Below are positions 10,290 to 19,991 of a stretch of 64,000 nt of DNA, piece by piece. The translations under genes were made by a program, and so were the position numbers. The stretch is taken from NCBI GenBank assembly GCA_963719225.1, contig CAVRAY010000001.1, positions 2,400,001-2,464,000 on the forward strand. The letters run 5' to 3'. Below the pieces are notes generated by a model. The model was not told the origin of the DNA. It worked only from the letters and a program-made list of their open reading frames with translations, and ran no database searches. Every line of letters begins with the position of its first letter. Position 1 is the stretch's first letter. This stretch comes from Thermoanaerobaculia bacterium (GTDB lineage: Bacteria; Acidobacteriota; Thermoanaerobaculia; UBA5066).

Positions 10290-11968
10290 TTGGTCGATCC
10301 TTCCTCGGCCGGGGCCGGGGCCGTGGAGACGACGAGCCCCTCGAGAACGACGTTGTTGACCTCGAGGATATCCCCAACCGCCTTGTGCCAGCCCGAGATG
10401 TTCTTCAGGTACGTCGCGATCGTCTGGAGCTCGGTCGTGATCGCCGACGTGAGGTCGTTCTGGATCTGCGCGACCTGGAAGGAGGTCGTCATTCCGTTCT
10501 CGTACTTCTTCTTCTCGGCGTCGAGGTTCCGCTCGGCCAGCTCGCGGGCCTTCGTGGCGGCGGCGACGCTTCGGTAGGCCGTGTCGATCGCGCGCGCCGC
10601 CGCCCGGACCTCCACCTGCAGGTTGGCCTTCGTGATCGCGAAGTTCGTGCGGGCCAGCTCGAGATCGGCGTTCGCGATGGCGTCGTTTCCGCGCGCGACG
10701 TTGTTGCCGATCGGCATGACGAACGTGAGGCCCAGCGTCCAGGCCGGGTAGGTCCTGTGCACGATGTCCTGCAGGGCGTCGCCGTAGTTGAACTGGGTCA
10801 GCGTCCCGTCGGGACTCTCGACGAGCGCCTGGGCCCCGAGCCCGTTGAAGCCGTAGCTGCCCGAGAGATCGAGGCGCGGCCTGAGCTGGTTTCTCGTGTA
10901 AGCGCGGGTGACCTTCTTCGACTCGATCGTCAGCAGCGCCTGCCGGACCTCGGGCCGGGTCTCGAGCGCCCGCTTGAAGCCCACGTTCACGTCCGCGTGA
11001 AAGCCTTCGCGGAGGGACTCCCGCGTCGGACGGTCCGTGGGCACGATGGGCCGGCTCCAGTCGGGAATCGACTGCACGTTCAGGAGGCGGCGCAGCCGGT
11101 CCTGGGCGTCGCCGATCAGGCCTTCCGCCGTGATGATGTCCTGCTCCCGCTGCGCGATCGTGACCTCGGTCTGCACGATGTCGATCGGAGCGAGAGCGCC
11201 GACGTCGATCTTGATCTTCGTGATGCGGTTGAGGTCCTTCGCGCGGTCGAGGGCTTCCTGCTTGGCGCGCAGGTTCTCGACGGCATAGACGAGGTCCCAG
11301 TAAGCGACCTCGGAAAGCTGGATCGCCGACTGGACGGCGCGCACGAAGTCGAAGGAGGAGGAGTCGCGCGTGATTCTCGCCTGCACGACGAAGCGAAGGT
11401 TGGCGGCCGGACCGAAGTTCCTGAGAAGGGGCTGCGTGACGCTCGCCGTGAGCCCGCTCGTGTACGTGGGGTTGATGGTCGTGAAGCCCGGGATCGTCTG
11501 GTCGAGCCGCCGGTTCGTCCAGCCGAGGCTGTACGACGTTCCGAGGGGCAGGAGGCCGCCGAACGTGAAGTTGCCGCTCGCCGTCTTCGTCTCGGCCGAC
11601 TGGAGGCGCGAGGCCGTCGCGCTCTGCGTGCTCGTCGCGGCGAGGTCGAGCTCGACGAACGGGTCGAATGCGCCCTTCGCCGACTGGATGCCGAACCTCG
11701 ATTCCTCGAGGTTGTAGGACGCGACGTCGAGGTCCAGCACGTTCTGGAGCGTGAGGGCGATCGTCTGCTTGAGGGACAGCTCGATCTTCTCGCCCGAGGG
11801 CAGGGGCACCTCGCGGCGCGCCTTCGCGCTGATGGGCACCGTCACGGTGTCGTCCGCACGTGCGGGAAGAACGGCCAGGGCCGTGACGAAGCCCGCGACC
11901 AGGACCGCCACGAGGCAAGAGCGCACCCCGTGCGAGCGCGCAAGGTTCGAGGAACGGTCACGAGTCAC
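10286..11968 (-). CDS. TolC family outer membrane efflux protein
   Basis: Signal peptide; LSLKQTIALTLQN, QPLLRNFG, AYWDLVYA and AEKKKYENG. Confidence 0.9.
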   Translation of the reverse strand: MTRDRSSNLARSHGVRSCLVAVLVAGFVTALAVLPARADDTVTVPISAKARREVPLPSGEKIELSLKQTIALTLQNVLDLDVASYNLEESRFGIQSAKGAFDPFVELDLAATSTQSATASRLQSAETKTASGNFTFGGLLPLGTSYSLGWTNRRLDQTIPGFTTINPTYTSGLTASVTQPLLRNFGPAANLRFVVQARITRDSSSFDFVRAVQSAIQLSEVAYWDLVYAVENLRAKQEALDRAKDLNRITKIKIDVGALAPIDIVQTEVTIAQREQDIITAEGLIGDAQDRLRRLLNVQSIPDWSRPIVPTDRPTRESLREGFHADVNVGFKRALETRPEVRQALLTIESKKVTRAYTRNQLRPRLDLSGSYGFNGLGAQALVESPDGTLTQFNYGDALQDIVHRTYPAWTLGLTFVMPIGNNVARGNDAIANADLELARTNFAITKANLQVEVRAAARAIDTAYRSVAAATKARELAERNLDAEKKKYENGMTTSFQVAQIQNDLTSAITTELQTIATYLKNISGWHKAVGDILEVNNVVLEGLVVSTAPAPAEEGSTK

Positions 11969-12059
11969 GAAAACCTCCTGAAACTAAAAGTGATGATAGG
12001 GGAAGAGCATCGCTCAAGAGTACGGATGCGGGGCGAAAAAGTTTCCCGCAGATCCCTCT

Positions 12060-13040
12060 TCAATCGGTCCCGAGCGGCGCGTGGCAGGCGAAGCTTCTCC
12101 CGCTTGCCGCCAGGTCCGAAACGAAGGGCGGCATTTTCTGGGCGCAGATCGGCCGGGCGGACGCGCAGCGCGGGTGAAACGGGCAGCCGGGGGGCGGGAT
12201 GGCGCTCGAGGGAGGTTCCGTCGACGCGGTCGGTCGCGAAGGGCGCGCCCCGGGTGCCTCTCGGGGCCGGGAGGCCAGAAGGAGAGCGGTATAGGGGTGG
12301 CGAGGTGAGGAAAACAGGACGGACGTCGGCGCTTCCTCGACGATGTGACCCATGTACATCACCGCGGTGCGGTCGGCGATCCACCTCACGACCGAGAGAT
12401 CGTGCCCGATGAAGAGGTAGGCCGGGCGCGAAGAGGTGTCCCGCTGAAGATCCCGGAGGAGGTTGAGAATCTGCGAACGGACGGACATGTCGAGCGCCGA
12501 AACCGGTTCGTCGAGCACGACGAGCCGGGGTTCCGTGGCGAGGGCGCGCGCGATCGCGACGCGTTGCCTTTGTCCGCCGGAAAGCTCGCGTGGGAGCCGC
12601 GTGAGTGCCGAAACGGGCAGCTCCACCGAGGCGACGAGCGCGGCCGTGCGCGCTCGCCGCTTGGCCCGCCCGCCGATTCGGTGAATCGCGAGAGGCTCAC
12701 CCACGATCTCACCGACCGTCAGCCGCGGATCGAGCGACGTCGCGGGATCCTGAAAGACGACGCCCACTTCGCGGCGCCGGCGGTTCAGCTCCCGGACCGG
12801 TAGCGCGAGCCAGTCGCTCCCGTCGAAAAGGACGGTCCCTCGGTCCGGCGACGCAAGACGCAGGACGACGCGCGCGGCGGTCGTCTTACCGGAGCCCGAC
12901 TCCCCGACGAGGGCGAGCGTGGAACCGGCGGCGAGGTCGAAGCCGACGCCGTGGAGGGCCGTGACCGGACCCGCGGCCGAGTGGAACGTCTTGTGAAGGT
13001 CGCGAACCGAAAGGAGCGCCGCCGGCTGACTCGCGCTCAT
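12060..13040 (-). CDS. Oligopeptide/dipeptide ABC transporter ATP-binding protein (OppF/DppF-like)
   Basis: [21 protein letters not shown] and GCPFHPRC. ATG at 13040 overlaps the upstream stop. Confidence 0.9.
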   Translation of the reverse strand: MSASQPAALLSVRDLHKTFHSAAGPVTALHGVGFDLAAGSTLALVGESGSGKTTAARVVLRLASPDRGTVLFDGSDWLALPVRELNRRRREVGVVFQDPATSLDPRLTVGEIVGEPLAIHRIGGRAKRRARTAALVASVELPVSALTRLPRELSGGQRQRVAIARALATEPRLVVLDEPVSALDMSVRSQILNLLRDLQRDTSSRPAYLFIGHDLSVVRWIADRTAVMYMGHIVEEAPTSVLFSSPRHPYTALLLASRPREAPGARPSRPTASTEPPSSAIPPPGCPFHPRCASARPICAQKMPPFVSDLAASGRSFACHAPLGTD

Positions 13041-14041
13041 GGGACTCGTTCTTCCGGCGCGCCGTCGAAGAGGAAACAAGCGGCCTCGGTGCCGGGGCCG
13101 GCGGGCACGAGGATCGGTCGCGCCGCCGCGCAGCGCCCGAACGCTTCTCCACACCGCGGCTCGAACGCGCAGCCCGGCGGCCTCCTGCCAGGCTCGGGGA
13201 CCGCGCCGCGAAGGGCGGAGAGACGTGCGGCATCCGGAGGTTGGAATCCCGGACGCGCGCCGAGAAGGGCCTGCGTGTAGGGATGGCGGGGATGCGCGAA
13301 GAGCTCCAGAACGGGCGCGCTCTCCACGATTTCGCCCGCGTACATCACGAGGACGCGGTCCGCGGCCTCGGCCACGACACCGAGGTCGTGGGTGACGAGG
13401 AGGACCGCCAGGGAGAGCTCGGTCTTCAGGTCGAGAAGGAGGTCGAGGACCTGCGCCTGAACCGTTACGTCGAGCGCCGCCGTCGGCTCGTCGGCGACGA
13501 GAAGGCGCGGACCTCCGGCGAGGGCGAGGGCGAGAAGAGCGCGTTGACGCATCCCGCCCGAAAGCTGGTGTGGAAACGCCTTCCTCTGCCTTTCGGGATC
13601 GGGGAGCGACACGCGTGCGAGCCAGCGTTCGGCCTCGATCCCGGCCGCCTTTCGGGACAGGCCGCGATGCCTCTCGATCACGTCCGTCAGCTCCCGGCCG
13701 ATCGTCCGCACCGGGTCGAGCGCGGTGGCGGGCTCCTGGAAGACGAGGCCGATCGAGCCTCCGCGCAGGCGCTCCTTGTCCCTCGCCGGCAGGGCCCGCA
13801 TGTCGCGGCCCGCGAAAAAGACCTCTCCCGAAACCAGGCGCACCGGAGGCGGCACGAGATCCAGGAGCGCGAGCGACGTCAGCGTCTTGCCGCATCCGGA
13901 CTCTCCGACGAGCGCGACGATCTCGCCGGGCTCGATGTCGAAGGAAACTCCATCCACCGCGGGAGCCTCGCCACCGGCGGGACCCGGCACCGCGATCGTG
14001 AGGGCACGGACCGAGAGGAGCGGGGCGGCGGCACCGGACAC
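13037..14041 (-). CDS. Oligopeptide/dipeptide ABC transporter ATP-binding protein (OppD/DppD-like)
   Basis: GESGCGKT, PHQLSGGMRQR and GCAFEPRC. Start is approximate (GTG). Confidence 0.9.
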   Translation of the reverse strand: MSGAAAPLLSVRALTIAVPGPAGGEAPAVDGVSFDIEPGEIVALVGESGCGKTLTSLALLDLVPPPVRLVSGEVFFAGRDMRALPARDKERLRGGSIGLVFQEPATALDPVRTIGRELTDVIERHRGLSRKAAGIEAERWLARVSLPDPERQRKAFPHQLSGGMRQRALLALALAGGPRLLVADEPTAALDVTVQAQVLDLLLDLKTELSLAVLLVTHDLGVVAEAADRVLVMYAGEIVESAPVLELFAHPRHPYTQALLGARPGFQPPDAARLSALRGAVPEPGRRPPGCAFEPRCGEAFGRCAAARPILVPAGPGTEAACFLFDGAPEERVP

Positions 14042-14069
14042 GGCGGGTCTCAGCGGAGGCGGCCGCGGC

Positions 14070-17000
14070 TCAAGCGGGTGCGAGCTCCTTGAGCCGCTCA
14101 CCGACGTCACGGAACGAAGCGTTCGAACCGTAGATCTCCAGGAACGTCCGGTACGCGTTCTCGCGATCTCCGAGGTCCGCATAGAGGTTCGCGAGGTCGT
14201 ACTGCAGGCCCATGCGATCCTCCTCGCGGATTCCCGTCGTGTCGAGACCCTTGCGATACCACTTGATCGCAAGCTGGGGAAGTCCCTTCTCGAGGAAGCA
14301 AAGTCCGAGCATCGAGCAGCATTCCACGGCGTACTGCGGGCTCTTGGCGGCTTTCTGAAACTCGCTGATGGCTTCGTCGGTGAGCGACATCTCCTTGTAG
14401 GCGATGCCGAGGTTGTAGTGCGTCTCGTAGTCCTCGGGCGAAAGCTGCTGCTCGACGCCTTTCTTGAACTCGCGAAAGATCTCCTCCAGCGGAACGTCGC
14501 CGCTGACCTCGGGAACGGCCGCCGCTCCGGCTTCCTGCCGCATCTCCGTCTGGAGCTCGCCCGCGAAGTTGAAGAACTCCTGCTCGTCGGAGAAGAGGGA
14601 GGACTCGTCCAGCGGCGGCCCGGCCGGAACTGGCACGGGAGTCGCGGGAGGTGCGCCCTCGGCGCCGCGTGCCATTTCGTCGGTCAGAGCCTTGCCCAGC
14701 TCCGCGTCGAGAACCGACTCGAAGTCTTCCGAGAGGATGTCCCGGAGCGCCGGGCGCGCGTCTTCACCCGCTCCCCCTTCGAGTCGCGTCCGTCGCCTCG
14801 CGAGCTGCGGATGCCCCGGGAAAAGCCGCTCGAGAGTCTGAAGTCGCTCCGACGCGTCCACCACCATCCCCTGCTCGAGGCAGAAATCGATCTCGAGAAG
14901 CTCGTCGGCCGGAGGCTCCGTGGCTGCGACGGCGGGCTCGGCCCGCCCGGCGGGCGCCGGAGGAGGAGGAGCGGCCGCGGATGCGGGCTCTTTCGAAGGC
15001 CTCGCGCGCGGAAGCGTGTCCCTGAGGGCCGCCGGAAGGCCCGGATGGGACTCGCTCGCCTCCCCCATTTCGGTGCTCGTGCGCTCGACGAGCAGCGCGT
15101 CGATGGCCGAGACGCGATCGTCGCGGCCTTCGGTTCGGTAAAGACTCTTGAGTTGCTCGGCCTCCGCGATCGCCACGTTCTTTCGTCCGCCTTCGAGCGC
15201 GAGCTCGAAGAGCTTCTCGCGCAGGGGAAGCGTGTCCGGCGCGTTCTTCAGAACCCCCCTGAGGTGCTCGACGGCCTTGTCGTAAAGACCGTACTTCCGG
15301 AAGACGTCCGCCTCGGCAAGCGCGGATTCGATCGCGTCAGGCGCCAGCACCTCTTCCACGGCGGTTTCCGCTTCCACGGCGGTTTCCGCTTCCACGGCGG
15401 TCTCCGCCTCCGCGGCGGTTGCGGGCTGCTCGACGGCCGAAAGCGGCTCGCCCGAGAGCTCGATCGACTCCCCTTCGACGGGAATCGAGGCGGGCTCTAC
15501 CGACACTTCGAACTCGTCGGCCGGCAGCGCCGTCTCGACCTCGAGATCGGTCTCGCGTGGCGCCGGGCGCGGCGCTTCGGACCAGTCGGAGATCCCCTCC
15601 TCGCTCGACGGTGCGAAGGACGGCTCCCCAACGGGCTCGACCTCGACCTCCAGCGCGGCTTCCACCTCTTCCTCCTGCGCGGGCCCAAGCGGCTTGATGG
15701 GAGGGAGCGGCGCGAGGGGCGGAGCCACCGGACCCGGGGCGGAAGGCTGGGGAAACGAGGGCATGGACTGCGAGAGACGGCGGACGGCGTTCGGAACCGG
15801 CCCCGTCGAGCCGGGCTCGTGGACGAGCTGATCGTCCTCGAACTCGAGGATGAATTCCCCTTCGGCCGCTACGGCGGGCGGCGGCGCCGAAGCGAAGGAT
15901 GGAGGAGGGGGAATCGGGGCTTCCGGCTCGACCGGAAGACGCCGCTGTGCGCTCATTTCGGACGAGGGTCGCGGCCTTTTTCCGCTCGTCTCGAGCGGCG
16001 GGACGACGGGAATCGCGGGCTGGGAACGAGAACCTGCCCGCTCGACTTCCTGGCGCGGGGCCGGAGGCTCGAGCTGGGCCAGCCGCGTGCGGTACTCCGC
16101 GGAATCCGGCACGAGCAGCATCAGGGCGCGCAGGCCGGTCGCCGCGTCTCCGATCCGGCCCTGGGATTTGTGCGCGTCGACGAGGGCGGATCGCCAGCGA
16201 ATCACCGTCTGTGTGTCGCCGGCCGCCTCCGCGACCTGGATGACGCGCAAGAGCACGTCTTCCCGGCCGGGATTCGATTCGGCGAGGGGGGCCAGGATCG
16301 AGAGGGCCTTTTTCGCCTCGCCCCGGCGCATCGCCTGATCGGCGAGAACGGCCGCCGCCTCGAACGACAACGTGGTCGTGCCGCCCGCCTGCTGGACCTT
16401 GAGCGCGACCGCGAGAACCTCGGCGGCCGCAGACTCGATCGACTGCGCCTTTCCGACCCATTCCTGCGCCTCGCGGACGTCGTTCTCCGCGAGCGCGGCT
16501 TCGGCCGAGAGCAGGAACAGCGGGACGGACCGCGGCGTCGTTTCCAGCGCCCGGCGCAACGCGACGCGGGCGTCGTGCGCGCGCCCGGACTCCACGAGGA
16601 TCGGGACGAACGCGCGCAGGATCTCGGCGTTGTCCGGCGACATCTGGAGCGCCTTCTCGTAAACCTGGATCGACTCGTCGAGAGCGCCGCGCTCGCGCAG
16701 GAGGCCCGCGACGACCGCGTACTCCTTGAGGGCGTCGATCTTGCGGCGCGCCTGCGAGTAGAGGTCCGCCAGCTTGACGTGCAGCTGGATGTTCGGCGGG
16801 TCCGTCTGCACCATCTTCTGGTAGATCCCGATGGCGGCCACGGGGTTGTCGTTCTTCGCGTGGTAATCCGCGAGGACCTGGTACTGGCTCTTCGCTTCCG
16901 TCGTGAGACCCTGCTTCGCGTAGAGCTCGGCAAGCCTCTCGTAGACGTCGAGGCGGGAAGGGTCCAGCCGGTTTATCTTCTTGTAGATCGCGATGCCCCG

Positions 17001-17228
17001 AAGGAAGAACCCGTCGCGCGCGAAGTGCTCGGCGATCTTCGTGAAGTAGGGGATCGCCTCCTCGTTGCGGTTCAGACGCGTGAGGAGATCGCCGACCTTG
17101 TTCAGGATATTGATGTCGCCCGGGATCTCCTCGAGGACTTTCTGATAGTCCTTCAGCGCGGAGTCGACCTTTCCCTTCGCCAGGGATTTCTCGGCCGAAG
17201 CCACGAGCACGTCGCGCTTGCTCGCCAT
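14070..17228 (-). CDS. Large tetratricopeptide-repeat protein with acidic/Pro-rich central linker
   Basis: N-terminal and C-terminal TPR arrays (ETHYNLGIAYKEM) flank an E/P/A-rich middle. Confidence 0.85.
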   Translation of the reverse strand: MASKRDVLVASAEKSLAKGKVDSALKDYQKVLEEIPGDINILNKVGDLLTRLNRNEEAIPYFTKIAEHFARDGFFLRGIAIYKKINRLDPSRLDVYERLAELYAKQGLTTEAKSQYQVLADYHAKNDNPVAAIGIYQKMVQTDPPNIQLHVKLADLYSQARRKIDALKEYAVVAGLLRERGALDESIQVYEKALQMSPDNAEILRAFVPILVESGRAHDARVALRRALETTPRSVPLFLLSAEAALAENDVREAQEWVGKAQSIESAAAEVLAVALKVQQAGGTTTLSFEAAAVLADQAMRRGEAKKALSILAPLAESNPGREDVLLRVIQVAEAAGDTQTVIRWRSALVDAHKSQGRIGDAATGLRALMLLVPDSAEYRTRLAQLEPPAPRQEVERAGSRSQPAIPVVPPLETSGKRPRPSSEMSAQRRLPVEPEAPIPPPPSFASAPPPAVAAEGEFILEFEDDQLVHEPGSTGPVPNAVRRLSQSMPSFPQPSAPGPVAPPLAPLPPIKPLGPAQEEEVEAALEVEVEPVGEPSFAPSSEEGISDWSEAPRPAPRETDLEVETALPADEFEVSVEPASIPVEGESIELSGEPLSAVEQPATAAEAETAVEAETAVEAETAVEEVLAPDAIESALAEADVFRKYGLYDKAVEHLRGVLKNAPDTLPLREKLFELALEGGRKNVAIAEAEQLKSLYRTEGRDDRVSAIDALLVERTSTEMGEASESHPGLPAALRDTLPRARPSKEPASAAAPPPPAPAGRAEPAVAATEPPADELLEIDFCLEQGMVVDASERLQTLERLFPGHPQLARRRTRLEGGAGEDARPALRDILSEDFESVLDAELGKALTDEMARGAEGAPPATPVPVPAGPPLDESSLFSDEQEFFNFAGELQTEMRQEAGAAAVPEVSGDVPLEEIFREFKKGVEQQLSPEDYETHYNLGIAYKEMSLTDEAISEFQKAAKSPQYAVECCSMLGLCFLEKGLPQLAIKWYRKGLDTTGIREEDRMGLQYDLANLYADLGDRENAYRTFLEIYGSNASFRDVGERLKELAPA
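15353..15420. repeat. 18-bp in-frame tandem repeat (about 3.7 copies) encoding AETAVE
   Basis: cttccacggcggtttccg units at 15353, 15371 and 15389, with a degenerate copy at 15407. Confidence 0.85.
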
Positions 17229-17236
17229 GATCGAGG

Positions 17237-17920
17237 TTACGCCGCCCTCGAGGCGCGGCGGACGACGACGCGGTCGAACGTCAGCCGGTGCTCCGGCGAG
17301 GGGCCGTGGCGGCGCAGCGCGGAGATGTGCTCGGGGGTCGCATATCCCCGATGTGATCGGAAGCCATAGAACGGGAAGCGCACCTCGAGCTCGTCCATGC
17401 GCGCGTCGCGCTCCACCTTCGCGACGATCGAGGCTGCGGCGATCGCCGCCACACGCCCGTCTCCGCGAATGTACGCCTCCTGGGCCGCCTCGAGTCCCGG
17501 AACTCGGACCGCGTCGACCAGGACGAGCGTCGGCACGAGTCCGGTGCCGCGCAGGATCTCGAGCGCGCGGCGCATCGCGAGAAGAGTGGCGGCCACGATG
17601 CCGATCGCGTCGATTTCGGCCGCGGTCGCGGCGCCGACCGCCGCACCCACCGCGGCGAGACGGATCCGGGGTGCGAGGGCTTCACGGACTTCCGGCAGAA
17701 GAGCCTTGGAATCGTCGAGGCCGGGCAGCGTCAAGAGGCGGTCGAAGACGACGGCACCGGCGTACACCGGACCCGCGAGACAGCCGCGCCCGACCTCGTC
17801 CACGCCCGCGATCAGGACGTGGCCCCGGGAGCGCGCCTCCTCCTCGATGGCGAAGAGCCTTCTCACCCGCTCCCGCTCCCTCGCGAGGTCGCATGCGTTC
17901 CGACTCCCGCCAGATCCCAT
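17237..17920 (-). CDS. rnhB: Ribonuclease HII
   Basis: AGVDEVGRGCLAGPV, DDSK, AAASIVAKVERD and HRLTF. Confidence 0.93.
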   Translation of the reverse strand: MGSGGSRNACDLARERERVRRLFAIEEEARSRGHVLIAGVDEVGRGCLAGPVYAGAVVFDRLLTLPGLDDSKALLPEVREALAPRIRLAAVGAAVGAATAAEIDAIGIVAATLLAMRRALEILRGTGLVPTLVLVDAVRVPGLEAAQEAYIRGDGRVAAIAAASIVAKVERDARMDELEVRFPFYGFRSHRGYATPEHISALRRHGPSPEHRLTFDRVVVRRASRAA

Positions 17921-17969
17921 CGTGCCTCGCTTCCCGGCCGGAGCTTCGCACCGGCGCGGCGATTCCGGA

Positions 17970-18320
17970 TCAGTTGTCGCGCTTCTCCGCGATGCGGGCG
18001 GCCTTGCCGCGGCGATCCCGAAGGTAGTACAGCTTCGCGCGCCGCACCTGGCCATGGCGTTCGACCTCGATCTTCTCGAGCACGGGCGAATGCACCGGGA
18101 ACGTGCGCTCCACGCCGACACCCTGCGAGATCTTGCGGACCGTGAACGTCTCGCGCGCGCCTCCGCCCTTGCGGGCGATCACGAGGCCGTGGAACACCTG
18201 GATGCGCTCCTTCTCGCCTTCCTTGACCTTCACGTGGACCTTGACGGTATCGCCGGGGGAAAACGGCGGCACGTCCGGCCGCAGGGCGGCTTTTTCGGCC
18301 ATCAGAAGTTTGTCCGTCAT
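17970..18320 (-). CDS. rplS: 50S ribosomal protein L19
   Basis: [22 protein letters not shown] and [10 protein letters not shown]; GGAGG SD upstream. Confidence 0.97.
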   Translation of the reverse strand: MTDKLLMAEKAALRPDVPPFSPGDTVKVHVKVKEGEKERIQVFHGLVIARKGGGARETFTVRKISQGVGVERTFPVHSPVLEKIEVERHGQVRRAKLYYLRDRRGKAARIAEKRDN

Positions 18321-18413
18321 CGCGGAACCTCCAAAATCGTGGTGACGGGACGAAACAGGCGGGGACACTTCGACCGGCACCCCGAAAAAACCGTTCACCC
18401 GTGAGACGCGATT

Positions 18414-19160
18414 CTAAGGCGAACGCCGCTCGCTCGCAAGTCTCTCCAGGAGTGCTCTTTCCTCGTCGTCGAGCTTCGCTTCCTGAAGGAGGTCCGGGCG
18501 CCTCTCGAGCGTGGCGAGAAGCTGCTGCTCCCGCCGCCAACGCCGGATTTCCTCGTGATGCCCGGAGAGGAGCACCTCCGGCACCTCGAATCCCCGGAAC
18601 GAACGCGGGCGGCTGTAGTGCGGGTAGTCGAGGAGCCCGTCCTCGAAGCTGTCCGCCACGACGCTCGCGGCGTCCTGGACCACGCCGGGGAGATAGCGGG
18701 ACACGGCCTCGAGGATCGCGAGCGCCGCCGCTTCTCCTCCGGAAAGGACGAAGTCCCCGAGAGAGATCTCCTGATCGAACAGGCCCTGGAGGCGCGTCCT
18801 CTCGTCGATTCCCTCGTAACGGCCGCAGACGAGCGCGACGCGCGGGAGGGCGGCGACCTCGCGCGCGCGACCCGAATCGAACCGGCGGCCCTGGGGCGAG
18901 AGGAACACGACGCGCGGCGGAGGCCCCGCGTCGCTGCGAAGGGCTTCCACCGCCGCGAAGACGGGCGGAGCCGTCAGGACCATCCCCGGACCGCCCCCGT
19001 AGGGCTCGTCGTCCACCTTGCGGTGCGGATCATCGGAGAACTCGCGCAGATCGACGAGATGGACGTCCAGGATTCCCGCCTCTATCGCGCGCCCCACGAG
19101 AGACTCCCCGAGCGGGGAGGCGAAGTAGCCTGGGAAAAGCGTCACGATGTCGAACCGCAC
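18414..19160 (-). CDS. trmD: tRNA (guanine37-N1)-methyltransferase
   Basis: VDDEPYGGGPGMVL, CGRYEGIDER and SLGDFVLSGGE. Confidence 0.96.
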   Translation of the reverse strand: MRFDIVTLFPGYFASPLGESLVGRAIEAGILDVHLVDLREFSDDPHRKVDDEPYGGGPGMVLTAPPVFAAVEALRSDAGPPPRVVFLSPQGRRFDSGRAREVAALPRVALVCGRYEGIDERTRLQGLFDQEISLGDFVLSGGEAAALAILEAVSRYLPGVVQDAASVVADSFEDGLLDYPHYSRPRSFRGFEVPEVLLSGHHEEIRRWRREQQLLATLERRPDLLQEAKLDDEERALLERLASERRSP

Positions 19161-19169
19161 GCGCCGAGA

Positions 19170-19688
19170 CTAGTCCAGGAGGCCTTCCGGCGGGTCGAGG
19201 ACGATGCGCCGCTTCGCGACGTCGACGGAAACCACGATCGGACGGGAGAACGGGACGTCGCGCGCGCCGCGCGCCGTCTCGAGGACGAGGAGGGACCGCC
19301 CCCCGACGTCAGCAAGCTCCGTGACCCGCCCGAGCACGGTACCCGCCGCGTCGACGGCGAGCGCGCCCTCGATCTCCCAGTGGTAGACGTACCCCTCGGG
19401 TCGGGGAGCGACGTCCCGCGCGCTCACGCTCAGATCCGCGTTCCGAAGCGTCTCGGCCATCGAAACGTCCGAGATTCCTTCGAAGGTGAGGAGCACACGG
19501 CCTTGATGGGGGCGCACCGCCGCGATGCGCACCTCTCGCTCCTCGTGCGCACCGCCGGAGAGGCGGACTCTCAACCCTTCTGAGAATCTCTCCGGAAAAT
19601 CCGTCAACACTTCGACGACGACCTCTCCCTTGAGGCCGTGCGGCTTCACGACTTGACCAATGACGACGCGATCTTCCGGCGCGGTCAT
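19170..19688 (-). CDS. rimM: Ribosome maturation factor RimM
   Basis: IGQVVKPHGLKGEV; located between rpsP and trmD. Confidence 0.93.
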   Translation of the reverse strand: MTAPEDRVVIGQVVKPHGLKGEVVVEVLTDFPERFSEGLRVRLSGGAHEEREVRIAAVRPHQGRVLLTFEGISDVSMAETLRNADLSVSARDVAPRPEGYVYHWEIEGALAVDAAGTVLGRVTELADVGGRSLLVLETARGARDVPFSRPIVVSVDVAKRRIVLDPPEGLLD

Positions 19689-19725
19689 TCGATCGCTCCC
19701 GGGCGCGCCCGCTCGCGGGCGCGCC

Positions 19726-19959
19726 TCAGACCGGCTTGGCGATGAGCTTCCGAACGGTCTCCGACGCTCTCGCCCCTTTCGCGATCCAGGCCTTGGCCTT
19801 GTCGCGGTCGAAGTCGAGACGAGGCGGGTTCTTCGTCGGGTCGTAATGGCCGAGCTCCTCGACGATCTTCGCGGTCGGCGTGCGGCGGGAGTCCGAGACG
19901 ACGATGCGGTAGGCCGGTGCGTTCGTGCCGCCGACGCGGCGCAGGCGAATCTTGAGCAT
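19726..19959 (-). CDS. rpsP: 30S ribosomal protein S16
   Basis: MLKIRLRRVG..YRIVVSDSR..EELGHYDP. Confidence 0.96.
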   Translation of the reverse strand: MLKIRLRRVGGTNAPAYRIVVSDSRRTPTAKIVEELGHYDPTKNPPRLDFDRDKAKAWIAKGARASETVRKLIAKPV

Positions 19960-19991
19960 GACGTTTCCTTCCGTTCTTCGAACGACGAGGG

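Noticed and set aside
18411-18420. TTCTAAGGC as another motif copy
   Set aside because: It is explained by the trmD stop codon plus a TAGAAT -10 box, and it lacks the typical flanks.
19689-19725. Missing KH-domain gene between rpsP and rimM
   Set aside because: Its absence is common in many bacteria and is not informative.
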